In this document: in pieces, positions 11,617-20,338 of the stretch
How the letters are laid out: the number at the start of each line of letters is the position of its first letter
Position numbering within the stretch: position 1 is the stretch's first letter
Program-made: the position numbers and the translations under genes
Source of the DNA: Coniocarpon cinnabarinum
Taxonomy: Eukaryota
Reading direction: 5' to 3'
Length of the DNA: 46,893 nt
NCBI GenBank assembly: GCA_051942205.1
Contig: JAVECO010000174.1
Span: 1 to 46,893 of the forward strand
Notes under the pieces: model-generated
The model's input: the letters and a program-made list of their open reading frames with translations, nothing else
Databases searched by the model: none
What the model was told of the DNA's origin: nothing

Positions 11617-12024
11617 ATGAAGGACTTCCCAGTAAGCATCCCTCCAAGGTCTCGCAAAACAAACAGAGTATTACCAATCAACTACACTACAATGTACGCC
11701 ACGATAGAGCATCTCTACATCCTATTCCGCGCCAGCAACGCCCCGCAACGCCAAGAATACGAACTCTGGCGCTCCTTCGACGACGCATGCCTCACTCACA
11801 TGCAAGACACAGTCATCTCACCGTCTGAACCAGGCGCCAGCCTCAGCGAAATCCATTGGTACCAGCGTCACTTTCAATTCAGAAGCGAGGACCGCTTTGG
11901 GATATCGAGCTTGAGGTTGGAGAGGGAGGATTGGAAGAGTTATAAGGGATTGAAGAAGATTATGAGGAGGGTGTTTGAGACATGGATGAATTTTTGTTTG
12001 GGCTCGGAGTGGGCTCGGTGGTAA
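11617..12024 (+). CDS. Tandem-family member 3 (135 aa; alternative start 11692)
   Basis: YATIEHLYILFRASNAPQRQEYELWRSFDDAC / SEIHWY / LKKIMRRVFETWMNFCLG; intronless. Confidence 0.8.
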   Translation: MKDFPVSIPPRSRKTNRVLPINYTTMYATIEHLYILFRASNAPQRQEYELWRSFDDACLTHMQDTVISPSEPGASLSEIHWYQRHFQFRSEDRFGISSLRLEREDWKSYKGLKKIMRRVFETWMNFCLGSEWARW

Positions 12025-12262
12025 TCTAGGTTACTGCAAGGGTAAACTCAAAAGGTAGTGATGCGGACAAGAGGTAGCCAGAGGTATTTTGGATCTTCCC
12101 CACGAATCTCACTTTTGCTTTTACTTCAATATAGCGCTTGACTTCCACCGCGCTTATAAGGACCGAATACTAACGTTCCTTTCTAGATTTCCTGCAACAA
12201 TTATACATACCTCCCACGATCTTTCTAACTGTCAACTTTGGAGCAGATCAGCCTCGGAAGAA

Positions 12263-12703
12263 ATGAGCAATTCAACAACTACCTTACACGCAATCAAACA
12301 CCTCTACACCCTCATCCAAGCCACTATAAAAGCCAGGCAACAAGAATGCCAAGTCTGGAAATCCTTGAGCGACGCCTGCTTGTATAATCCATCCGACGTC
12401 GGCTTATCTCCATCACTCATCAATATTAAAGAATTCAGCTGGTTTGTAGAGTCGTATCGCAAAAGCTTGTCGCAGCTGCGGAATCGCTTGCCATTTGATG
12501 CACGCATTGGCGATGAGCGCCGGTGCATACTAATGTCCAGGCGCAGGCCCACACACGAGAATGACCTTGCTTGCTATGATGCGGAAGCTCTGGACAAGTG
12601 GAAGATGGAATTGTTTGCGCTTTGGCTGGATTTTTGTGGGAAAGACTTGATTGCCAATGAGGAGGCCTTGGACAAGGGCAGGGATGAGGTCTTGGATTCT
12701 TGA
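12263..12703 (+). CDS. Tandem-family member 4 (146 aa)
   Basis: First ATG at 12263; LHAIKHLYTLIQATIKARQQECQVWKSLSDAC / KEFSWF / LDKWKMELFALWLDFCG. Confidence 0.8.
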   Translation: MSNSTTTLHAIKHLYTLIQATIKARQQECQVWKSLSDACLYNPSDVGLSPSLINIKEFSWFVESYRKSLSQLRNRLPFDARIGDERRCILMSRRRPTHENDLACYDAEALDKWKMELFALWLDFCGKDLIANEEALDKGRDEVLDS

Positions 12704-12940
12704 ATTGAGACCCTGGCCACGGGCCAAATATTGCAAGGTGGCAACCGTAGGATGACTCAGGTCGCCAAGATTACACGTGAATTTTTACCTGCTTTACGCT
12801 TTGCACCTTCACTCCATCTACACCGTCGTACATCAGCTTTTGGACACCAGCGCTTTCTTACGAGCTCTCTACAACGCTAGAATCCTCAATACCTTCGACA
12901 ACCTCTACTCATCAACACTAAGCACCGCAATTTCAACAAA

Positions 12941-13360
12941 ATGAGTACCAAAAAAGAGACCCTCCTCGCAACCATCAACTACCTCTATGCCCTCATCGAG
13001 GCCAGTATGAAAGCGGAACTCCGAGAATCACAGGTCTTTTGGGCGTTCGAACGGCACTGCTGTAAGGCGTACATACCTACCCGCGTATCTATCACGCCCA
13101 AAGAAGATTGCTGGTATGTCAAGACATTGTGCGACGCCTCTTCGGAGATGGCGAGGTTGTATTATTTTGAGCCTCCGGCAATAGGCGAGTGCAGATGCTG
13201 CTGGAAATGGAGTGAAGGTATTGCTTCTCTTGATGTGGACGCTCTTGAGAAGCGGATGATGAGGCTGTGGGAGTTTTGGTGCGATCATTGTGGTGAGGGG
13301 GCGATGGTGCGGATCGAGAGTGGGATGCAGAAGGAGACAGCTCAGACTTTGAATTCCTGA
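12941..13360 (+). CDS. Tandem-family member 5 (139 aa)
   Basis: LLATINYLYALIEASMKAELRESQVFWAFERHC / KEDCWY / LEKRMMRLWEFWCDHCG. Confidence 0.82.
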   Translation: MSTKKETLLATINYLYALIEASMKAELRESQVFWAFERHCCKAYIPTRVSITPKEDCWYVKTLCDASSEMARLYYFEPPAIGECRCCWKWSEGIASLDVDALEKRMMRLWEFWCDHCGEGAMVRIESGMQKETAQTLNS

Positions 13361-13605
13361 AACGAGCGGGTGGATCAGGGTTTCGAAATGCGGCAACTCT
13401 CAAAGCTAGGTTAGATTGCGAAGAACTGCACGTGGAATATAATTTCCACCTGCTTCATACTTGTAGCTAGACTTTACCTCCTCTTAAGTCGCGAACAATC
13501 TTTCGACAGGAACGACTTCTTTTACTCTACCCACCACTCTGGGTCCTCCCATATCGTACAAGTTTACCCGCACGCCAGATCTAAAAACCCAAGACACGCC
13601 AGATT

Positions 13606-14118
13606 ATGGGTGCTACAGTGAGCACCCTTCACGGAACAATCAAGTACTCCTACGCCTTGATCCAAGCCAGCACCGTCGCCGAGCGTGAGGAGGATAAACT
13701 CTGGAAGTTATGGAATGAAGCCTGTGAATCGAAATCTAATCATGGGAACCCAGCTGCGCCATTCTCTGCTGAAAATCCAGAGTCTAATTGGTACTGGGAG
13801 CAAGAGTGCAAGACCTATTGGCGACAAGGTCTCAATACCGGGTATCTCGCAGGAATCCAGGACCATTTCCGGCGGTATCGGCACGTCCAAAGGGTTAGGC
13901 CGAAGCGATGGTCGGTCGATAAACTGGAGGAAACCAAGAACTGGTTTTTTAGAGTGGCGTTGGAGCTTTGTATGGGAATTGACCTGCCCAGGTCGGAGTG
14001 GGAGGGAGAAAGCGACGAAGAGGAAGACAGCGTCGAGGAGGAAGAAAACGTTGGTGATGGAGAAAGTATCGAAGATGAAGAAAGCGTGGAAGAAGACAGC
14101 GTCATGGAGGATGAGTAA
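13606..14118 (+). CDS. Tandem-family member 6 (170 aa, acidic repeat tail)
   Basis: LHGTIKYSYALIQASTVAEREEDKLWKLWNEAC / PESNWY / LEETKNWFFRVALELCMG; tail built from EDSV/EENV/GESI/EESV units. Confidence 0.82.
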   Translation: MGATVSTLHGTIKYSYALIQASTVAEREEDKLWKLWNEACESKSNHGNPAAPFSAENPESNWYWEQECKTYWRQGLNTGYLAGIQDHFRRYRHVQRVRPKRWSVDKLEETKNWFFRVALELCMGIDLPRSEWEGESDEEEDSVEEEENVGDGESIEDEESVEEDSVMEDE

Positions 14119-14260
14119 ATTCTTGGCCCATGAAAAGGGTCTGTGAGTGAATAGGTTGAAAAGTGCCTCTCAATTGTCGGGAACTTTCATGTATTGTCAG
14201 GTGGCGAGATAGGATGTACGTATCTCCTGATACCTCCATGAGGTCTTGCGTACATGACCT

Positions 14261-14707
14261 CTATAACAGCCCACCGCCTTCAAACATCCGGTGAGACACC
14301 AATTGAAGCCAAGCATTGAGATCATTCGAGCTTTCATCCAACCGCAGCGCGAACTTTCCCATACAGTGACCCAGCCACACTTCAAACAACCCCTTCTCGA
14401 ATCTCTCCAGTCGGTTTCGGCTCCAACCCAGGATCGTTTCGTTCCAAAGTGGTATGCGACAAACATTCTCGATCTTGAAATACCCATAGTCGTTCTCTGG
14501 GCCATCATGGACTCCCATACCTATCTGACACCACTGGTATCCATGACTTGTCCTCGTACTACGAACCTCATTGTCATACCAATCTTCGTCAAAGATGTGC
14601 CATAATTCTTTCTCTTGACGCCTTGCAGCGGTGGTAGCGCGGATCACAGCGTAGAGGTAGTTAATAGTTGCGTGGAGTGTTTCGGCTTTAGTAGTTTCGG
14701 TATCCAT
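14261..14707 (-). CDS. Tandem-family member 7 (148 aa, inverted orientation)
   Basis: LHATINYLYAVIRATTAARRQEKELWHIFDE / GYQWC / LERFEKGLFEVWLGHCMG. Confidence 0.82.
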   Translation of the reverse strand: MDTETTKAETLHATINYLYAVIRATTAARRQEKELWHIFDEDWYDNEVRSTRTSHGYQWCQIGMGVHDGPENDYGYFKIENVCRIPLWNETILGWSRNRLERFEKGLFEVWLGHCMGKFALRLDESSNDLNAWLQLVSHRMFEGGGLL

Positions 14708-14986
14708 TTCTGGCGTCTCTGAGGTCGAGTTGCTCTGATTTTAATGAGTGGAGGAAGTTCGTGCCTCAAGGGAGACTGGAAAGGAAGCGTGGGCTTGCAA
14801 GCGCTGTTTGTGATTGAAGTGGGGTCAAGAAAAACATGCACTGTCCGGAGTTGTCTCTTCTGCCTTGCACCTTATACGTGCACCTGCCATCCAAATCAAT
14901 CACACATACCACTCAGCCACTCTACTTCTTGCAAATTTCTGCATCACTTCCGTAGACTTCTCAACATATTCGTCAACAATTTCACC

Positions 14987-15415
14987 ATGTCATCTCGAAT
15001 GTCCCAAGAGATGACCAACACCCGACAAACACAACAAGCGACAATCGATTACCTCTCCACGATCCTCTACGCTACCACGACAACCGAGTGTCAAGAACAC
15101 GCAATCTACCGGTCTTTTAGCGACAAATGCTATTTCACAACAAAAGCTTACACCTTCTTGAGCATGAATAGGAATGAGCAAAAGTGGTATGAACAGCACG
15201 CCCACTTAGGCAACCAGGGCCGATTCTCGCTTTACGGTCTGAATAGCTTTATCTACCCGGATTTACGAACGCTATTGAGATATCCCGGGCTTTATGAGGT
15301 TTTGAAAGGCACTTTTGAACCCCAGAGGGACCCATCGGTGTGGCTTTGGCGGCTGTCCCAGTGGGTGGCGATTATATTAGACGTAGGGGAGGAATATCAT
15401 AGCGCTAAGCGCTAG
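14987..15415 (+). CDS. Tandem-family member 8 (~142 aa)
   Basis: Likely ATG at 14987 (CACCATG; alternatives 14999, 15011); QATIDYLSTILYATTTTECQEHAIYRSFSDKC / NEQKWY. Confidence 0.78.
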   Translation: MSSRMSQEMTNTRQTQQATIDYLSTILYATTTTECQEHAIYRSFSDKCYFTTKAYTFLSMNRNEQKWYEQHAHLGNQGRFSLYGLNSFIYPDLRTLLRYPGLYEVLKGTFEPQRDPSVWLWRLSQWVAIILDVGEEYHSAKR

Positions 15416-15699
15416 TGTCTGAGCTGGATGTTTCCGTCGCGTTCTTGCTACACTGGGATATGTGAGGGAAGCACGTAGGTGATAGAGTCTTGGTGCTGAG
15501 CAGCCCCACGTACATGTGTCCCCACATGTGGCTAACATAGCATGTGATTGCAAACTTCCCATTCAGCTCTTTCCCTCACTCATCTTTAAACTTGCCACTT
15601 AATCAAATCCTAGAAACCTCGACATTTCTACGATTTTGCAAAGTCACATACAACTGTTTTGTCGAACTGGTGAAGACTTCTGAACGCTAGTCCCCAACG

Positions 15700-16140
15700 A
15701 TGAGCAACGAACTAGAACTCAAAGCAATTGCTCACCTCTCTCTTCTACTCCACGCCAGCACCGCCATTGATCGCCAGGAAGAATCGCTCTTTAAATCCTT
15801 CGACAATGCATGCGTGATCAGGCGCCAAACCGCGCTCCAATCAACGCCCGCATCAGCCAACCGTTACAAAGAAGCCATTTGGTACGATTTGACAATTTAC
15901 GGCATTTCATCCGAGATTAGGTGCATTGGTCAGCTCCTTATGGAGTCTTAACGTGTCAGTCCTAGCACAATACGACAATATGGGTGGGTGATGGACAAAC
16001 AGAAGAGAGTGCAGGTATGGAAGGATGGGATGGTTATGGATAGTGTATGGGTCTGGAGCGCGAAGATGAGGCATTTGGGTGTGAGAAATGAGTGGTTGAG
16101 GCAATTCGATGATACCTTGCACAAGCAAGCTAGAATTTGA
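15700..16140 (+). pseudogene. Tandem-family member 9 with premature in-frame TAA (15949-15951)
   Basis: LKAIAHLSLLLHASTAIDRQEESLFKSFDNAC / KEAIWY. The same frame continues after the TAA as RVSPSTIRQ...RVQVWKDGMVMDSVWVWSAKMR...ARI* (stop 16138-16140), matching the C-termini of members 10 and 12. Confidence 0.78.
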
Positions 16141-16735
16141 GCCGGAATGGTCATTGAGGCAATTACCGCCCTCTTTAAAGTTCCTCGCTCTCGGGACCGT
16201 GAAGATGTGCAATGCGGATTCGCAGGATGCCGACGCATGCTCGCAAACTTCGAATTTCATGGAGCTCAACGATCGTCCTAAGGACAGTCCTTAGCCACAA
16301 AAAAAGAAGGGGCTGGTGCATCACAAGAAGGAGCACAAAGCATGAAGCACAAAGCATGACCCGTCCGAGCGAATCAGCGTTCTTTGACCATCTCTAAGTT
16401 GAGGCATTAATTCAAGAATAGCAATTCAAGCCGCACGTCCGGCTCCTCTTACACACTCAACTCAGATCAAACCTTCACATCGTTTCACGGCCGGCTCTAC
16501 AAGATCTTACAAGCTGCTAAAGACGTGTATTTCTCTGTTGCACTGTCAAAATTCGCCAAGATTCGCCACTGCTATTGATTCGCCGCGTAGATAGAAAGAG
16601 CCTTGTCTTCGCCCTTGATAAGTGTTTCTGACCAGTCACCTGGCTTTCTTTGAACACGCGCACACTACGCCCGGGTGTGGGTTCTGACCGTTAGAAGGCG
16701 ATGCTGGCGCAGATACAGTAGTTATGAGTGATTGC

Positions 16736-16989
16736 CAGTGTAGTCAATTGTTCGGTTTAGTTCAGTTACAGTTTAGTAGTATGTACTAATAAAACTAATA
16801 ATAGCAAGAACTAAACTAATATTATAGTAGTCTACTATAAATAAACCTTTAATTACTTATAAATATTAGTTTAATATAGTTATAGATCGGTAGTATACGC
16901 TACTACAACCAATAAAGTTAAGAATTAAACTAATATTATAATAGCTAGCTGCAACCAAACTATTAACAACCGAACTATTGACCACACTA
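16736..16989. mobile_element. RIP-mutated hAT-type MITE (CAGTG...CACTA ends, ~22-bp TIR, degenerate 8-bp TSD)
   Basis: Left end CAGTGTAGTCAATTGTTCGGTT; reverse complement of the right end TAGTGTGGTCAATAGTTCGGTT. Flanks GTGATTGC (16728-16735) and GTAATTAC (16990-16997) differ only by two TG>TA changes. Interior is very AT/TpA-rich. Confidence 0.8.
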
Positions 16990-17342
16990 GTAATTACGTC
17001 GAGCAGTTGTAAGGCGTTACTCTTTTTCCATTGAAAAGCCGTTGCTGATTTCCGCAGGAATTGGGCTTTTAGCATGCGCAACATTGTATGGATGGACATA
17101 TTAAATCTCCTTTGGGTTCGGGGAAAGCACTAGGCGCAGAGGCAGCGACAAATCACTGTGCCTGCCTTAAATTTGTACCTCCACCAACATAAGGCCCTAC
17201 AACACCTTCTCTTACGTTCCTCAAGCTCATTCATGTCTCTCCACTCACTACCAGACCCATCTCCCCACCATTTCTAAAATAAAAAAAACCAACATATAAT
17301 CAACAGGACGCCGCTAAAACAACACCGCCACTCATCGACAAG

Positions 17343-17758
17343 ATGCAATTTGCACTCCTGAAACGAATAACCACCTATCTCTGCACCTTACTCTACGCCA
17401 GCACACCTTACTCTACGCCAGCACAGCCGCAGACCGGCAAGAAGCCACCCTTCTAGAATCCTTCGAGACAGCCTGCCGCGCCCATCGCAAAGAAGTGGCC
17501 ACCACATGGACAATAATTGACCCCGATTCAGAATTCCACTGGTACCAATACTCAGCTGCGGACACCGCACGTCAGAAGCGACAAGTTGACTCATTCTCGT
17601 TACCGATGCAGCGATTCTTCAAAATCCCTATGAATCTGATGAAGGGGGAGGGTTGGACTGCGCGATTCGTGAAGTGGAAAAATGACATGTTTAGGATGGG
17701 GATGAGGGTTTGGGTTGGGAAGATGGGACGGGGAGATGACGTTGGATGGGTGGGTTGA
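17343..17758 (+). pseudogene. Tandem-family member 10, frameshifted by a 20-bp tandem duplication
   Basis: ATG 17343 gives MQFALLKRITTYLCTLLYAST. CACCTTACTCTACGCCAGCA is duplicated at 17384-17403/17404-17423, leading to TAG at 17454-17456. Removing one copy restores ...ASTAADRQEATLLESFETAC...SEFHWY...WKNDMFRMGMRVWVGKMG. Confidence 0.85.
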
Positions 17759-18028
17759 GAGGGGCTTTGGTTGACAATAGAGCTGGAATCTGGTTGGGTG
17801 GTGAAGATTTAGGTAGACGTTTCGATGTCTCATGCAGGTGCTGAAGCACAAGGTAGCACCGTATTCAAATGGGACTCGTACCTACTGCGATTACTTTGCA
17901 TCTTCACAAATCACCCATTCTACAAAAGCTCCAATTGCCTCCTCCGAACTTCTACAACCCATTATTAAAGTTATAAAGATTAACAGATACCAACGCAACA
18001 ACGCTACTACCACTATCTACCCGCCAAA

Positions 18029-18442
18029 ATGCGCTTCGAACTGCTGAAGCAAATAATCAACTACCTCTCCACCACTGTCCCGGCCAGCGCCGCCGCAGAT
18101 CGACAAGAGGCCACCCTCCTACAATCCTTCAAAGAAACCTGCCGCGACCGCGACTATGCCATCCGAGCTTCCACAATACCAGGACATCACTACTCTAATA
18201 AAGAAATGATGTGGTACACGAAAGCATTCGCACAGAACAAGATCCAGAGCGATCCGTTAAGGCCTTTTTTGTGGCATCTGGAGTATATCGATAAAGGGTT
18301 GCTTGGAGGCTTGAGGGAGCATGACGATAGCGAGGGGAGTCAGGAGTTGCAGGAGGTGAAGGATAGGGTGTTCTTGAATGGTGTGAGGGAGGGCGTTTTG
18401 TCGATTTTGAAGAGGGAGGTGGAAGTTGATTGGTCGGAATAG
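18029..18442 (+). CDS. Tandem-family member 11 (137 aa)
   Basis: MRFELLKQIINYLSTTVPASAAADRQEATLLQSFKETC / KEMMWY / LQEVKDRVFLNGVREGV. Confidence 0.82.
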   Translation: MRFELLKQIINYLSTTVPASAAADRQEATLLQSFKETCRDRDYAIRASTIPGHHYSNKEMMWYTKAFAQNKIQSDPLRPFLWHLEYIDKGLLGGLREHDDSEGSQELQEVKDRVFLNGVREGVLSILKREVEVDWSE

Positions 18443-18727
18443 AGTGCGCTTGTTTGCTGTATTTGACCGTGGGATCGAGCTGAGGTGTTGAAGTTGATAT
18501 GAGATTTGTCGGTGTTACGACGATTCGATGTCTCGTGCATGTGCTGCAGCACAAAGATAGCAACAAATTAACCTGTTCCCGCCTATTGCCTCGACTGTGC
18601 ACCTACACTACCACCCCTCCCAAGTATCTTGACTTTCCTTTTCCAAGTTTCGAAACCCCATCATTTGCAACGTTATACAAATCTGCAGATACCGACGCAA
18701 CATCACCACTACCACCTAACGGTCAAA

Positions 18728-19156
18728 ATGTGCTTCGAACTCCTCAAACAAACAATCGATTACCTCGCCACCGCCATCCGCGCCAGCTCCTTAGAAGACA
18801 AACAAGAAGAGCAACTCCTCGACTCCTTCGAAACCACTGCCCGCTCCTATAGTAACAACGCCTCCACCATCACAGCAGCCGACGGTGATCCAGAGTACCT
18901 CTGGTACAGCAAAGTAGCCAGCGAGGCCAATCTTCAAGGAATGAGTCTAGAAAATTCTTTATCACGCCTGGGACATTTCGAGTTGGGTCGCATCGAGCGG
19001 CCGGGCCCGTATGGTCAGACGGCAGGGTTGCAAGGGTGGTTGGATGAGATGTTTCTGTGGAGTGTGCGTGTTTGGGTTAGGAAGATGCTGGGGGATCCGG
19101 ACATAGCCATCAGAGGCCCGTACATTGGAGGCCCGTACATCAAAGGCCCGTACTGA
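18728..19156 (+). CDS. Tandem-family member 12 (142 aa; C-terminal GPY(I) x3 repeat)
   Basis: ATG at 18728 (CAAAATG); MCFELLKQTIDYLATAIRASSLEDKQEEQLLDSFET / PEYLWY / LQGWLDEMFLWSVRVWVRKMLG. Confidence 0.82.
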   Translation: MCFELLKQTIDYLATAIRASSLEDKQEEQLLDSFETTARSYSNNASTITAADGDPEYLWYSKVASEANLQGMSLENSLSRLGHFELGRIERPGPYGQTAGLQGWLDEMFLWSVRVWVRKMLGDPDIAIRGPYIGGPYIKGPY

Positions 19157-19485
19157 GACTGGCTTCTCTTTGTGGTCCTTGAATGAGAGTTCTACTTTGA
19201 GTGGTAGGTGTGGAATTTGTGCAATGTCATCCATCTTCTGGCTGTGCCTTTTACTGGAACCTTCTACCCCTGTTTATACCATAACCTATCGGGAGATGCT
19301 CTGATCTTCATCCAAACTTGCAATATGCAAAGAAGCATTAGCATCTCACAACCTTACCAGCGCCCATTCACATGGTAGTTGTTCCCACAAAGTGATCAAC
19401 CGGATTCGCGGCCTAGAAGGATTTCAAAACAGCAAGCCCATCAACCAACATTTACCCAATCACATTTCACGTCGATTGTCCAACC

Positions 19486-19923
19486 ATGCCCACCAAAACA
19501 ACCCCTTCCGAAGCTACACCGAATTCCACCGATGGCGAGATGCAGACACTCAAACACATACTTACCCTCATCAACGCAGTCACCGCCTCCGACCGCCTCG
19601 AGCGTGACCTCAGACATTCCTACTGCGAAACCTGTTGCCCTTTTAGTGTACCGCTCGGGCAACCACACCCTTGGTATGCTCAAATTTACCATGGCGCCCA
19701 GGAAGACTCCTGGTACTGGTACCAAGGAGTTTTCACATCTGGAGTGCCGCCAGAGTACCGCCGCTTCTTCGGCGACCGCGATGGCTTGATCCCGCCGTCT
19801 ATCGAGGATATCACAAAGCCGGGGAACAGAGACGGTGTTGAGAAAACGAAAGAGAAGCTTTTGTCGAAGTTGCTGACATTCTGTACTTGGAAGGGGTCGG
19901 GCATGGATTATAGGGAAAGATGA
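19486..19923 (+). CDS. Tandem-family member 13 (145 aa)
   Basis: MQTLKHILTLINAVTASDRLERDLRHSYCETC / QEDSWYWY / VEKTKEKLLSKLLTFCTW. Confidence 0.78.
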   Translation: MPTKTTPSEATPNSTDGEMQTLKHILTLINAVTASDRLERDLRHSYCETCCPFSVPLGQPHPWYAQIYHGAQEDSWYWYQGVFTSGVPPEYRRFFGDRDGLIPPSIEDITKPGNRDGVEKTKEKLLSKLLTFCTWKGSGMDYRER

Positions 19924-20338
19924 TGGTCAATGATTGATTGGTTGGGGATTGGTGTTGTGCGTCCGATGGTTGGTAGTTGGTGAATTATTGGGTGTTTCCT
20001 GGGAGATCGGATAGACTGATGGTTAAGGTGGCAAGGAGACATCTAATACAAATTTGACAGCCAGACCCTTACCTATTGCCTGAATGCTTGCGCATAGCCA
20101 TCATGCAGGTCACGAAAATTGTTGTAAAGCGCGTGATTGTTCGGCTAGCCGATTCTGAATGCGGGGATGTTCGCACAGCGTGACTGAAGATGCTGCGATT
20201 TGAGAACGACGATCTGCGGTCTCGCCAAGCAACAGATTTCAAGATCATCTACATTAGCAATGTACAGCCACCAGCCACATTTCCCACATCAACATGTCTT
20301 TCCTCAATGGAAGATTTTCCGCAGACGCCCCGTGCGCG

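Noticed and set aside
16141..16730. Possible 14th array member in the gap before the MITE
   Set aside because: I could not find the family motifs here; a decayed copy would need tBLASTn or an HMM search to detect.
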